A DNA stretch of 64,000 nt from a bacterium (GCA_963675295.2 CAXXKJ010000002.1:640001-704000), one strand, 5' to 3'. Positions 49,453 through 61,273 are shown, counted from the first letter of the stretch. Program-made: numbers and translations. Notes: generated from the sequence alone by a model not told the origin.

Positions 49453-49836
49453 ATGACCATCGGCCTCGATATCGTGCATATGAATCGGTTTACGGATCAC
49501 ATCAGCGACGACGATCCGTTCCTGCGCCGTATCTTTACCGAGCAGGAACTGGCCTTGGTTCCGGCGGGGCCGAGGCGTGCGTTACGGCTGGCCGGCCGTT
49601 GGGCGGCAAAGGAAGCTGTCGCCAAGGCGCTGGGCTGCGGGTTCGGCGAACAGTTGACCTTCCGCGAGGTCGAGATTCTGCGCAACGACAAGGGCGCGCC
49701 GACGGTTCAGCTTGCCGATGCCGCCGCCACCCGTCACAACCATCCTACCCTGCAGGTATCCATCACGCATGACGGCGACTACGCCGCTGCGGTCGCGGTT
49801 TGTATGACTTCCGGATCGCTTGGTGTGCCTTCATGA
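49453..49836 (+). CDS. acpS: Holo-ACP synthase
   Basis: IGLDIV, LAGRWAAKEAVAKALG, VSITHD. Confidence 0.92.
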   Translation: MTIGLDIVHMNRFTDHISDDDPFLRRIFTEQELALVPAGPRRALRLAGRWAAKEAVAKALGCGFGEQLTFREVEILRNDKGAPTVQLADAAATRHNHPTLQVSITHDGDYAAAVAVCMTSGSLGVPS

Positions 49837-49876
49837 GCGCCTGATCTGTCCTGAGTAGCTTGGCAACCACTGGGTG

Positions 49877-49992
49877 TGTCATCCTGAACGCAGTGAAGGA
49901 TCCGGTCGGATAGCCGGTGTCGACGCAACAATTTAAAATTCGCGTATCTTCAAGCAGATTCTTCACTTCTCTTCGTTCCGTTCAGAATGACA
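49877..49992. repeat. Long palindromic extragenic element (GTCAT...ATGAC type)
   Basis: TGTCATCCTGAACGCAGTGAAGGATC ... GATTCTTCACT...CGTTCAGAATGACA inverted ends. Confidence 0.7.
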
Positions 49993-50193
49993 CCCACCCC
50001 CGACCACCACTTACCAAGCACCGACCACCAATCACCGACTACCGCTACCCCTTCCGAGCGCTCGCTGGCAACTTCATCGCTGGGCCAGGCGTATATTCTA
50101 CAACACTCAGGGGTCCACCCAATCGTCCACCAGCCCAGGATCACCACCGTGCGCGCATCGAATTCTGGTTCTGTCCGTCGTCTACCCTCCGTT

Positions 50194-51684
50194 ATGCTAT
50201 TTCTGCTGCTTGCCATCGTTTTGACCGCGTTTGCGCCGGAGGCATGCGCCCGGCAGCGCTTCATGGAAGATGACTGGGTGGCGTGGCCAGATCTGCGCAC
50301 CTATGTCGACTTCGATCTGGGCAAGAACACGGTGTACATCGCGACGACGGAGGGCATTCTGCGTTGGAGCCGCACGAAGGAAACCTGGCTCGATCCGTGG
50401 TTCAGCGTGCCGGGTCCGTTGACCGAGGCGATTTTCCTGAACAATCCAACGAAGGTACGGGAAGATCCGTTGACGCAGGATGTCTGGGTGTTGTTGCCGG
50501 ATGGTTGGGTGGTGCGTGATACCGGTGTCGATTACTGGGAGTACAAGTCGCCGGACGGGACCACCATGGAGCGGATGGAGCGGAAATCCCGCAAACGTGT
50601 CGACCCGGATCCGGGTCTGATCACACCGTACCAGTACATCCTCGACATTAACGATTATTCGCTCAGCTACCGGAATAAGGAGTGGAAGTACGACGGCGGC
50701 ATTGCGACCGATTGGAACAAGGAGTTGTACGCGTGGCTGGGTCTCGGTGTCGGTATCATCGACAAATACTCGCCGACGTTGCAGCTGTACCCGCAGGGAG
50801 TCGGGCCGAGTCCGGGGCTGGTGGTGACCGATTCCACGATCTGGGCGGCGGGTCAGTTGAGTTATGACGGCGGCTGGTTGTGGAAACGGACACGCGGCGA
50901 GAAGAACGAGAAGTGGTATTTCTACGATCCCGCGATCGCATGGGGACTGGAGGAGGGTGATGTCCAGTCGATGCAGGTGGACAAGGACGGCACGCTCTGG
51001 ATCGCGACCAACCACGGGCTGATGTTCGGCGATGGCAAACGGTTCCGCTTGTTGCGCAAGACGGATGGCCTCCCCAGCGAACGGATCAAGGACGTACAGC
51101 CGATGAAAGGCGGCGCGTGGGTCGCGACTCGGTACGGCATGGCGTTCGTCAACAAGAAGACCGCCGAGGTTATCCGTCCGGACAAGGAAACCGAGCAGCC
51201 GTTCGCGGTGGGTATGTGGAGTCAGCTCGCGGCGTTCGGGGATACGTTGTACGCGTCCGGCCCAAGTTTCCTGGTCAAGAAGGCGAAAAACGGTCCTTGG
51301 ACTGAGATCGATGTCACGACCACCGTCGGCGCCGGCACCGATCCGTTGGCATTGTGGGCGGAGCAGGGCTTTGTCGCGATTGGCGACAAGCAGGGGATCG
51401 CGTGGGGCACCCCGAACGGTACGTGGCAGCAGGCGTTCAATCACCTTTGGAATGATGGCTACGTCTTCTCCATCGACTTTCACGGCGGCTATTTCTGGTT
51501 GGGGACGGATCGTGGACTGGTCAAGTTCGACCCGACACAGGGTGACGCGATTGTGTACACGACGAAAGAAGGCCTGCCGGGGAACAAGGTGTTTGAGGTG
51601 ATCGGCGAGGGCGATTATTTGTGGCTCGGCACCGATGTCGCGTTGGCGAAATTTCACTGGAACGTGCCAGGGCGGTTGGATTAA
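50194..51684 (+). CDS. Secreted beta-propeller protein (two-component regulator propeller-like repeats)
   Basis: Signal peptide; LWIATNHGL, DGLPS, FWLGTDRGL, EGLPGN repeats. Start uncertain. Confidence 0.75.
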   Translation: MLFLLLAIVLTAFAPEACARQRFMEDDWVAWPDLRTYVDFDLGKNTVYIATTEGILRWSRTKETWLDPWFSVPGPLTEAIFLNNPTKVREDPLTQDVWVLLPDGWVVRDTGVDYWEYKSPDGTTMERMERKSRKRVDPDPGLITPYQYILDINDYSLSYRNKEWKYDGGIATDWNKELYAWLGLGVGIIDKYSPTLQLYPQGVGPSPGLVVTDSTIWAAGQLSYDGGWLWKRTRGEKNEKWYFYDPAIAWGLEEGDVQSMQVDKDGTLWIATNHGLMFGDGKRFRLLRKTDGLPSERIKDVQPMKGGAWVATRYGMAFVNKKTAEVIRPDKETEQPFAVGMWSQLAAFGDTLYASGPSFLVKKAKNGPWTEIDVTTTVGAGTDPLALWAEQGFVAIGDKQGIAWGTPNGTWQQAFNHLWNDGYVFSIDFHGGYFWLGTDRGLVKFDPTQGDAIVYTTKEGLPGNKVFEVIGEGDYLWLGTDVALAKFHWNVPGRLD

Positions 51685-51853
51685 GGAAGTGGCAGCGGAC
51701 TACGGACCGCCGACCGTAGTCCCCCGCCTGTAGTCACTGAGTACTGCGAACTGACCACTGACCACTGATGACTGGCGTCCACGTTCCCCATCTCACCCCT
51801 CGGACCCGGTTCCGGGGGTTCCATCTCGTTCGGCAAGCATTATCTTCACGCCC

Positions 51854-52981
51854 ATGAAACGAATCCTGACACGTATCCTGCTGATCCTGCCGCTACTGGT
51901 GTTGTTGTTGCTCGGTGTGGCGGCGGCGACACAGTCCGCTGAAAAAACCTGGACCGGCGACACCGAGGACGACTCGGTGCTGGTCGCGCCGGAACCGACC
52001 GCGGTGCTGATGGAATTCCACAACGCGCTGGCGCGGGAGGAGTACGCCGAAGCGCGGGCGGTGGTGGACCGGTTGAAGGCGATGGACGACCTCACATTCC
52101 GGCCGTGGATGCGCATGCTGCGTGCGAGCCTGACGGTGACCGCCGCGATCGACTTCGGCGTCGAGGAGAAGGAGAACCTCTTTCACAGTGACGTGAAGAT
52201 CGCGACGAAAGCGTTCGAGTGGACGTTGAAGCAGGAAGAGGACGACGCCGACGACAAACGGCTAGCGTCGTTGTACGCCGCACTGGGCACATTGATGCTG
52301 CTGAACGCCCAGTGGGAGAACGAGATCGACGGCGACCTGCTGAAGTCGGCGACGATGGCGAGCGACGGCTACACCCGGATGAAGAAGGCGTACCGGCTGG
52401 ACGAGACCCGTATGGACGCGCTACTCGGCACCGCGGCCTATCGTTTCTTCCGCAGCCACACGTTGAAGTTCATCACCTGGATGCCATTCATCAAGGATGA
52501 CCGTGAGGATGCGCTCGTGGACATGCGGCGCGTGGTGCAGACCCCCGGCCCGGCGCAGCCCGGTGCGGCGACGACGCTGGCGTGGTCGCTGATCGAGATG
52601 GATCGGCCTGAAGAGGCGGTGACGGCGTGCGAACCGTGGCTGATGGTGCTGAACAACCCGCGTCACCTGCTCGAGCCATATGCCAAGGCACAGTTCGTCG
52701 CCGAGAACTGGGCGGACGCGAAGGCGGCGTACGATCTGTACATCGCGAAGATCAAGGATGCGCCGGTATTGAACACCGAACGGTTGCTCGGCGCGTTGAG
52801 CCGTGCGCTGCAGTCGTCGAAACCGCTGAACGATTGGGAGGCGGTGGCGGCGTACGCGGATGAGGCGTTGAGCCTGCCGCTCAGCGAGGACGAATGGCGC
52901 GAGTACGACGATTTCCGTGACGGATTCGAGGAGTACAAGGCGAAGGCGGCGGAACGGCTGGGTGGTGAAACTGGTGAGTGA
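51854..52981 (+). CDS. Exported TPR-like helical protein
   Basis: Signal peptide; all-alpha composition with TPR-like pattern. Confidence 0.65.
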   Translation: MKRILTRILLILPLLVLLLLGVAAATQSAEKTWTGDTEDDSVLVAPEPTAVLMEFHNALAREEYAEARAVVDRLKAMDDLTFRPWMRMLRASLTVTAAIDFGVEEKENLFHSDVKIATKAFEWTLKQEEDDADDKRLASLYAALGTLMLLNAQWENEIDGDLLKSATMASDGYTRMKKAYRLDETRMDALLGTAAYRFFRSHTLKFITWMPFIKDDREDALVDMRRVVQTPGPAQPGAATTLAWSLIEMDRPEEAVTACEPWLMVLNNPRHLLEPYAKAQFVAENWADAKAAYDLYIAKIKDAPVLNTERLLGALSRALQSSKPLNDWEAVAAYADEALSLPLSEDEWREYDDFRDGFEEYKAKAAERLGGETGE

Positions 52982-54449
52982 TGCGACCGCACTTGAGTTG
53001 ATCCGCCGGGCGGGTGAGGTTGCCGCCGAGCGTGGTGTCGACGTGTACGCCGTCGGTGGGTATGTCCGTGACAAGCTGCTCGGATTGCCGTTCCGGGGCG
53101 AGGTGGACTTCTCGGTCGTCGGGGACGGCCCGGCGTTCGCGCGGGCGTTCGCGAAAGCGTTGGGCGACACCAGCAAAGTGACGGTCTACAAGCGCTTCGG
53201 TACAGCCTCGTTTGTGCGCAAGGGTATCCGTCTCGAATTCGCCACCTCCCGCCGTGAATCCTACAGCGAAGACTCCCGCAATCCTGATGTTGAACCGGCA
53301 CCGTTCGGAGAAGATCTCGCCCGTCGCGATTTCACCGTCAACGCAATGGCGGTTGACTGCCGCAACCCGGATGAAATCGTCGATCCGTTCGGCGGCCGGG
53401 ATGATCTCGCCAGTAAAATCCTGCGCACGCCACTTGACCCGCAACGCACCTTCAGCGACGATCCATTGCGCATTCTTCGCGCAGTGCGTTTCGCGGCACG
53501 GCTGAACTTCACCATCGACCCGGACACGTGGGCCGGGATGGTCCGTGAGGTGAAGCGTCTGCAAATTGTGGCCAAGGAACGGGTCAACGACGAGTTCTTC
53601 CAGATTCTCGCAACTGATCCGCCGTCCCGGGGGCTGATGCTGCTGCACGAGTGCGGCGCGTTGGGCGTGATTTTCCCGGAAATCGAGGAGCTGTCCGGGG
53701 TGGATCGGGTGGGCCGCCACGCGCACAAGGACAATCTCCTGCACACGTTCAAGGTGGTCGACAAGGTGGCGCAGAAGACGCAGAATGTCGGCCTGCGGTT
53801 CGCGGCGTTGCTGCACGATGTCGGCAAGCCGCGCACGAAGCGGTTTGAACAGGGGCAAGGCTGGACATTTCACGGGCATGAGCATGTCGGCGAGCGGATG
53901 GTCCGCAGGATGGGCCGCAACTACAAGTGGCCGGACGATCTGACGCAGAAGACCAGCAAGCTGGTGCGACTGCACATGCGCCCGATGAACTTGCAGGACG
54001 AAGGCGTCTCGGACAGCGCGATACGGCGGCTCGTGGTGCAGGCGGGCGAGGAGATCGACGATCTGCTCACCCTCTGCCGTGCCGACATCACCAGCGGTAA
54101 CGAGCAGAAGGTGAAGCGGTACCTCAACGCGTTCGATTCGATGGTCGACCGCATGGGCGAGATCGAGGCGAAGGACGCGCTGAAGGCGTTCCAGTCGCCG
54201 ATCCGTGGCGAGGAGATCATGGAGCGCACCGGCCTGCCGCAATCGCCGCGTGTCGGGTTGATCAAGACGTTGATCGAGGAGGAGATCCTCGACGGCCGCA
54301 TCGCGAACACCCGTGAGGGCGCGGAGCAGGTGTTCGACCGGATCGCGGAGCACGTTCAGTCGCTGGAAGAAGCGGTTGTGCTGAAACGGTTGCGTGACCT
54401 GTCCAAAGCCCGCGCGGAAGGAACCGCCCTGCCGCCGGACGCGGAGTAA
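52974..54449 (+). CDS. cca: Class II tRNA nucleotidyltransferase (CCA-adding) with HD domain
   Basis: VGGYVRD, EDLARRDFTVNAM, DDPLRILRAVRF, ALLHDVGK. Start uncertain. Confidence 0.88.
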   Translation: MSDATALELIRRAGEVAAERGVDVYAVGGYVRDKLLGLPFRGEVDFSVVGDGPAFARAFAKALGDTSKVTVYKRFGTASFVRKGIRLEFATSRRESYSEDSRNPDVEPAPFGEDLARRDFTVNAMAVDCRNPDEIVDPFGGRDDLASKILRTPLDPQRTFSDDPLRILRAVRFAARLNFTIDPDTWAGMVREVKRLQIVAKERVNDEFFQILATDPPSRGLMLLHECGALGVIFPEIEELSGVDRVGRHAHKDNLLHTFKVVDKVAQKTQNVGLRFAALLHDVGKPRTKRFEQGQGWTFHGHEHVGERMVRRMGRNYKWPDDLTQKTSKLVRLHMRPMNLQDEGVSDSAIRRLVVQAGEEIDDLLTLCRADITSGNEQKVKRYLNAFDSMVDRMGEIEAKDALKAFQSPIRGEEIMERTGLPQSPRVGLIKTLIEEEILDGRIANTREGAEQVFDRIAEHVQSLEEAVVLKRLRDLSKARAEGTALPPDAE

Positions 54450-54559
54450 TTCTCCGCGGAATCGTTCCATACATCGTATTCAAGCACAAAATGAGTGGTT
54501 CCTTAGCTTTCCTGCCTGCTTATCTTCCGCAATCTGGACGTGTACGAGGATGAAGCTGC

Positions 54560-55390
<831 letters not shown>

Positions 55391-55601
55391 AGACGGTAAT
55401 CGGTACTCGGTTGTCGGTGATCGGAAGTTGGTTTTCGGTAGACGGTTGTCGGTAATCGGTAACAGAAGACCCTTGGCGGTGGGTTGTTACAGGTGCGGTT
55501 GATCCCAGACATAAATGTCTGGGGCATGAGAGCTTCATCGAGGACATAGGTTCATCGTAAACAATATTTTCGACCACTGACCACTGACCACTGACCACTG
55601 A

Positions 55602-56486
55602 TTACCGATCTCCCACCACCACTTTCTTCGTTGAGTCGAACTTCTCCGGCACTTCCGCGGTGACGTAATACACTCCACCGGCCAGACGATGGGCATCGAA
55701 GGTTAACGTAAGCTCGCCAGCCGGGAAACGCCCCCGGGCGAGATCGGTAACTACCTGGCCGGTGGTATCGTAGACGCGTACCGTCAGATCAGATTCCTTC
55801 GGCAACGTGACGGTGAAGTCCTGGTTCTGTTCGTCTGGATTCGGGTACGGACCGTGCAGAGCGTAACTGCTCGGACGTTCGGTGCCGGTGTCCAGCGGGT
55901 TGAATTGGATCGAGGACGCAGACTCCTTCCAGTCGTCGAGATCGGGCGGATTTGCAGCTCCGGGCACGCCGGTCTTGATGAACAGGAAGCTGTCTTCGAC
56001 CGTTCGCTCACCCAGCCGCAGTTGCACAATGAACTCGTACAGTCCCGCCGGTGCGGACTGGGGCACGTCCTGCGTCAGGCCGGAAAAGAGCTGGTCCATG
56101 CCCGGCACCAGGGGCAGGGTTTCTACCGAAGTCGGTCCAAACAGGCTACCGCTGGGCAGACGGACATAGGTCGAATATTCGACGGTCAGCACACGGTAGG
56201 ACGAATTGGTGACATGCACGCTGAAGCTGAGTGTGCCGCCGTGCGGGGGAATGGTCCGTGAATTCAGGTCGGGGATCAGCTCGACGGTCACCGGGGAATC
56301 GGTCTCGTCCGGGTCATCATCAAGAAAGGTGTCTTCAAGGGGCTGGACAGGTTGCGTCGTCCGGGGTCGCTCGAGGGCCAGAGTAGTCGCTCCGTCCGCC
56401 GCGCTGGTGGTTTCAGCATTCGCCAGCGCGACGAACAGGCAGCCCATGGTACCCAGCAGTGTCCAGAACAAACGGGCTTGCTTCAT
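55602..56486 (-). CDS. Small secreted Ig-like + T9SS-type CTD protein
   Basis: Signal peptide, acidic linker, IPPHGG...APAGLY...DSFLFIK domain, YPNP CTD. Confidence 0.8.
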   Translation of the reverse strand: MKQARLFWTLLGTMGCLFVALANAETTSAADGATTLALERPRTTQPVQPLEDTFLDDDPDETDSPVTVELIPDLNSRTIPPHGGTLSFSVHVTNSSYRVLTVEYSTYVRLPSGSLFGPTSVETLPLVPGMDQLFSGLTQDVPQSAPAGLYEFIVQLRLGERTVEDSFLFIKTGVPGAANPPDLDDWKESASSIQFNPLDTGTERPSSYALHGPYPNPDEQNQDFTVTLPKESDLTVRVYDTTGQVVTDLARGRFPAGELTLTFDAHRLAGGVYYVTAEVPEKFDSTKKVVVGDR

Positions 56487-56763
56487 TGGATTCTCCAGCA
56501 CATCGGAACAGCAACTGATTGACGACTTCGCTGCGAGCATTTGGCGGTGACTGGCCGCCGTTTTCGGTTCACTCAGGGATAAAGCAAGAAGCGTTCCGGA
56601 ATTGATAACGTGGCCCCGTGGGCTGCGTAAAAGGCTGCATATCAGGTAATAAAAAGAAGATCAGGTGTGGAGTGCGGGCAAACACCCCACTAGCAAAGCC
56701 ATGCGGATTGCGCATGGCTTGCACGTCGGGTTGCAAAATGTTCGGATGGTTGCGCTGGCCGGG

Positions 56764-58518
56764 TTATTTCAGCAGAACCACCTTGCGGATATCGTCCAGT
56801 TGGCCAGGAACCGTTGCCCGCACGAAGTACACACCACTCGCCATTGTCGATCCGTCGAGCACGAACTCATGTGTTCCTGCCGCTGCCGGTCCACGATGCA
56901 GCTCCGCAACCTGCTGTCCCGTCATGTTGTAGACCATAACGGTCAAGTCCGCCGTTTCCGGCAGGCTCACCGAAATTGTCGTGCTCGGGTTGAAAGGGTT
57001 CGGCGATGGGTCACAAAGCGCGAACCGAGTCGGGAGGTCGTTCTCCGCGGGCACTTCCGGATTCTCGGGAACATCCAGGTACGACCACAACAACTCCGTT
57101 TCATTCCCGGCTTTATGGAAGGGGAACGAGTCGCTGACGGTGAAATCGGATGTCACGATCTCACCGATAAACTGGTAGTCGCCGGGCGGGAGGCCGCCCG
57201 GGATCGGGGTTCCGAGGCTGATGAAGCTGAGGCCGGAATGCGGAGCGAGCGCAACGCCGATGGATGACAACGGCCCGTACGAAGCTCCGTTCGGCAGTTC
57301 CAGCATGGTGCGGAAGATGCCGCTGTAACTCTGGTCGGAGGTGTTGCTCATGTGGACATCGCAGATCACCACGCCCCCGCCGGCGGGGATGTGGATCGGC
57401 GTATTGTGTGGAATCAATTCGATTTCAAGCGGAGCGGACGGGCTGCCGTTTTGTTCGACCCACATCAACCGGCCTTGGAAGTGGCTGGCGGTGGCGATGT
57501 CGATGTCGCCGTCCTGGTCGAAATCCTCCGCCACGACATACGATGCACCCAGCATCGGCGCGATCTCGTGTTCAGTCCACAGATCGCCGCCATCGTCCGA
57601 CCACCACGAGATGCCCGTGGTGTATTTCGCGCAAACGATATCCAGCTGGTTGTCACCGTCCACATCGGCCACGGCGACTTCATGCGGCTGCCAGCAGTAG
57701 CCGACGGTGTGGCGGATGACGCCGGTCTGCGTGTTCTCAAACCAATCGATGGTGTGGTGTCGTTCGGATGTCGCGAGGATGTCAAGCCAGCCGTCACCAT
57801 TGAAGTCGTGGAACTGGACATCGTAGGCACCATCGTAATTGACGGCGATCGGAAATGCGGTCCAAGGCTGCCCAGCTCCGGGATTGCGCGCGATCATGAT
57901 CTTACCATCGTCGGTGGCGTACTGCGAATAGACGAGGTCGAGGTCGCCATCGTTGTCTACGTCGCCCGCATCAAGCCGGATAACAAAGTCAGGGAGGTTA
58001 GGCAGTAGGGTGTGTACTGTAAAATCAGTTCCGAGATTTTCGATCCACTTGATCGCGTTCGGGTACTGGAAGATCGCGAGCAGATCGGTGTCGCCGTCCT
58101 GATCGAAATCCACAGCTTTGACATAGTAGGCGACCCCGGACACCTGAAACTGCAGATCCAGACCGGATCCCGTGGTTCTGTAGATGCGGACGCCATTGTC
58201 GAGACGCGAGGCGGTGGTGAGGTCCGTGATGCCGTCCTGGTCGAAATCGGCGACCTCGACATCGTGGCAGTCGTAGTCACTCGTCAACGTGTGCCGGGTA
58301 ATGTCACCGAGTGACACTTCCCACCAGTCGCTGCCTTCGTACCCTTGGTTGCCGGTGATCAGGTCGGTATCGCCGTCGTTGTCGACGTCCACGGCACGCA
58401 TCGCACGGATGCCATCGACGAACGCGACGGTGTGTTGCGTCCATTGCGGCTGGCTGAATGCAGGAACGGATAGCGACAGGATCAACAGGCAGGCAAACAA
58501 CAGGCATGTACGGTGCAT
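56764..58518 (-). CDS. Secreted FG-GAP repeat protein with T9SS-type CTD
   Basis: DxDxDGDxD repeats, Ig-like domain, PNPFNP...SGVYFVRATVPGQL. Confidence 0.9.
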   Translation of the reverse strand: MHRTCLLFACLLILSLSVPAFSQPQWTQHTVAFVDGIRAMRAVDVDNDGDTDLITGNQGYEGSDWWEVSLGDITRHTLTSDYDCHDVEVADFDQDGITDLTTASRLDNGVRIYRTTGSGLDLQFQVSGVAYYVKAVDFDQDGDTDLLAIFQYPNAIKWIENLGTDFTVHTLLPNLPDFVIRLDAGDVDNDGDLDLVYSQYATDDGKIMIARNPGAGQPWTAFPIAVNYDGAYDVQFHDFNGDGWLDILATSERHHTIDWFENTQTGVIRHTVGYCWQPHEVAVADVDGDNQLDIVCAKYTTGISWWSDDGGDLWTEHEIAPMLGASYVVAEDFDQDGDIDIATASHFQGRLMWVEQNGSPSAPLEIELIPHNTPIHIPAGGGVVICDVHMSNTSDQSYSGIFRTMLELPNGASYGPLSSIGVALAPHSGLSFISLGTPIPGGLPPGDYQFIGEIVTSDFTVSDSFPFHKAGNETELLWSYLDVPENPEVPAENDLPTRFALCDPSPNPFNPSTTISVSLPETADLTVMVYNMTGQQVAELHRGPAAAGTHEFVLDGSTMASGVYFVRATVPGQLDDIRKVVLLK

Positions 58519-58655
58519 GGTGTCCCCCGGGTATCATAACGAGCGTGATAGAAAGCGATTTTGCAGATCCACAGAAACTAGGAACGCGTATTCTTGCTTT
58601 GCAATGGTGGGGGACGGGAAATTGACGAAACCTCGCAACGCGACCTCTCGAACGA

Positions 58656-59330
58656 TCAGTCCGCAGCTGTTGAATCGCTCTCTGCATCCGTTTCCCGCGC
58701 AGGGATTTCGATGTCGAGACCGTAGGTGTCGTTGAGCAAGGCAAGCACCTCACGGGTTTCATTGGCGTAGTACGTTTCGCTGCCATAAATGTTCTGGAAG
58801 ACCAGTGTCAGCGCCCTGATCTGCGGCTTGGCCTCGTCCTGCTTGAACATGTCGGCGTCCCGGATGAATTCGCCAATCGCGGTGATGCTGATCCCGAACG
58901 CGGCGCTCTGCGCGTTGTACAGATGGCTGATCCTCGCGAGAACCTCATAGTCGAATTGCTGCACCGCTCCGGACGCGATCGCGGCGTCAAACGCGGATCG
59001 TTCGAGGAGCGGAATCCTGGGTGAATCGTACTCGAGCAGTTCTATGAAGATTGTGAACGCGTCCTTGCCCGCAAAGGCGCTGTCCGGCAGATGCCGCATC
59101 GCGGGTACGAGATCCTTGTGCAGCGAGATGGAATCGTCGACCTGGATCAGGTTGGCGTGGATCTCGTGAGCAATGTTGTGGATCGCGACTTCGGCGAGCT
59201 GGCGGTCACGGCGTGTTTCCTGCCACTGGCTGACGGAAAACGCGAGGAAGACGGAGACGAAGATCAGCACCAGCTCGAGCAGGAAATAGCCGAACGGGCG
59301 GTTGCCGGACCCACCGAATCGCGCCATCAT
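58656..59330 (-). CDS. Membrane-anchored helical hypothetical protein (DUF6090-like)
   Basis: YFLLELVLIFVSVFLAFSVSQWQE N-terminal motif; coupled to the ABC-F gene. Confidence 0.65.
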   Translation of the reverse strand: MMARFGGSGNRPFGYFLLELVLIFVSVFLAFSVSQWQETRRDRQLAEVAIHNIAHEIHANLIQVDDSISLHKDLVPAMRHLPDSAFAGKDAFTIFIELLEYDSPRIPLLERSAFDAAIASGAVQQFDYEVLARISHLYNAQSAAFGISITAIGEFIRDADMFKQDEAKPQIRALTLVFQNIYGSETYYANETREVLALLNDTYGLDIEIPARETDAESDSTAAD

Positions 59331-61273
59331 AACAGCTCCTTCTTCTTGTCACCGAGCACGAACCACTCTTCGTAAATCTCTTCGAGCTGCGCGCGGATCT
59401 TGTCGAGCCGTTCCTGCTTTTGCAGCTCACGCTTGGTGTTGCCCTTGTCCCGTTCGCGTTCGATCTCGGCATTCAGACGCTCGATCTGTTCCTCGAGGCG
59501 GTGGATTTCCGCTTCCAGTTCGGCGAACCGTTTCGGGTCGAACTTCATCCGCTTGAGGCGGTTTTCGCGCTTGTTGAGCCGCTTTTCCTTCTCCTTGATC
59601 TTCTTTTGGTCGCGTTTGGCCTGTTCGGCGTCCCGGCGTTCACTCCACTCGACCCAGAAGTCGGAAAAATTGCCCTCAAACTCTTCCACCGCCGCATGGT
59701 TCAGGTAGAACACCTCCTCGGCCAGCTTGTCGAGGAAATAGCGGTCGTGGCTAACGACCAGCAGCGTTCCGGGGAACTGCTCGAGCGCGTCCTCGACCGC
59801 CTCCCGGCTGAATACGTCCAGGTGGTTCGTCGGTTCGTCCAGCAGCAGGAAGTTGTAATTACCGGTCATCAGCGCGGCCAGTTGCAGCCGGACTCGTTCG
59901 CCGCCGGAGAGCACGCTGACCGGTTTCGTCAGATCGTCCCGGCTGAACAGGAAGCGGTGCAGCAACGCTTCGGCTTCATTGCGGCGCAGGCCGGTGAGAC
60001 GCAGGCACTCGTGGACGAGATCGTTCTTCGGGTCGAGTTCGTCGCCCATCTGCGAGAGGTAGCCCATCTTCATCGCGGGGCCGACACGCAGGGTTTCGTT
60101 CTCCCATCGTCCGGTTTTGTACACGTCGCGCAGGAAGGTGGTTTTACCGGTGCCGTTGGGTCCGACCAGCGCGGCACGTTGGCCCTGTTCGATGCGGAAC
60201 CAGACGTTGTCGAACAGCGGCGGCGCATCGTCGTAAGACCGAGTGTAGCCTCGCACGTCAATCGCGATCGTGCCCTTGGTGCGTTCGCCGCCGAAACGCA
60301 GCGCGATCGAGCGGGTGTCGTCACGCGGGCCGGTGTCGGTGCTGCGCAGTTCTTCGATGCGTTTTTCGAACCGTTTTGCGGTGCGGGCGAGTTTCGGGTT
60401 GTCGTAGACGCTGGCCCAGCTCTTCAGCCGCTGGACCTGGAACGAGAGCCGGTCAGCTTCCCGTTCGGCGCGTTTTTTCTCGGACGCCGCCCGTTCCATC
60501 CGCAACAGCTTTTCGGCACGGTAGGCGGAATAGTTGCCAGAGTAATGTTCGATCCGCCCGTCCTGCAGCTCCCACGTTTCGCGCGTGACGCTATCGAGCA
60601 GATAGCGGTTGTGGCTGACGAGGACCACCGCGCCGGAGAAGCGCTTAAGTTCGCCTTCGAGCCAGTCCAATCCTTCGAAGTCGAGGTGGTTGCCAGGTTC
60701 GTCGAGCAGCATCACGTCCGGATCGACGACCAGCACACGTGCGAGGCCGATGATGTTGCGTTCGCCGCCGGAGAAGGTGGCGGCTTCACGTCCCCAGTCA
60801 CGCCTCGGCATACCGAGCCCGTCGAGGATCGCTTCGACGCGTCCGTCGATGCGGTAGCCGTCCGCCATCTCGAACCGTTCCTGTGCTTTTGCGTAACGGT
60901 CGAGCACGCTCTGGTAGTCGTCCTCCCGCGCCTGTAAGCTGGGATCGGCGAGGGCGGTTTCCAGCTCACGCATCTCGGTCTCAATGGCCTCAACTCCGGC
61001 GAGACCCTCGCGGACTTCGTCGAACAGGGTGCGTCCAGCGGGATACTTAGGGTCCTGGGCGAGGTACGAGACACGCAGGTCCGGCAATTTGTTGAAATGG
61101 CCGGAGGACGGCTGGTCGAGTCCGGCGATCAACTTGAGCAGTGTGGTTTTGCCGGAGCCGTTCCGTCCGACCAGACCGACCGCCTTGCCGGCGTTGATCT
61201 CGAGGTTGATGCCGGCGAGGACATCCTGCGAACCGAAACTGCGTCCGATGTTGTTGAGCGTGATCAGTGACAT
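59327..61273 (-). CDS. ABC-F family ATPase
   Basis: Two NBDs (GRNGSGKT/FSGGE/LDEP; GPNGTGKT/LSGGE/LDEPTNHLD), no TM, C-terminal coiled coil. Confidence 0.93.
   Translation of the reverse strand: MSLITLNNIGRSFGSQDVLAGINLEINAGKAVGLVGRNGSGKTTLLKLIAGLDQPSSGHFNKLPDLRVSYLAQDPKYPAGRTLFDEVREGLAGVEAIETEMRELETALADPSLQAREDDYQSVLDRYAKAQERFEMADGYRIDGRVEAILDGLGMPRRDWGREAATFSGGERNIIGLARVLVVDPDVMLLDEPGNHLDFEGLDWLEGELKRFSGAVVLVSHNRYLLDSVTRETWELQDGRIEHYSGNYSAYRAEKLLRMERAASEKKRAEREADRLSFQVQRLKSWASVYDNPKLARTAKRFEKRIEELRSTDTGPRDDTRSIALRFGGERTKGTIAIDVRGYTRSYDDAPPLFDNVWFRIEQGQRAALVGPNGTGKTTFLRDVYKTGRWENETLRVGPAMKMGYLSQMGDELDPKNDLVHECLRLTGLRRNEAEALLHRFLFSRDDLTKPVSVLSGGERVRLQLAALMTGNYNFLLLDEPTNHLDVFSREAVEDALEQFPGTLLVVSHDRYFLDKLAEEVFYLNHAAVEEFEGNFSDFWVEWSERRDAEQAKRDQKKIKEKEKRLNKRENRLKRMKFDPKRFAELEAEIHRLEEQIERLNAEIERERDKGNTKRELQKQERLDKIRAQLEEIYEEWFVLGDKKKELL

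Noticed and set aside
56670-56725. c-di-GMP-I riboswitch (GGCAAA...GCAAAGCC)
   Set aside because: Lacks the GAAA-capped P2 and the P3 consensus; better explained as a hairpin downstream of the 56764 gene.
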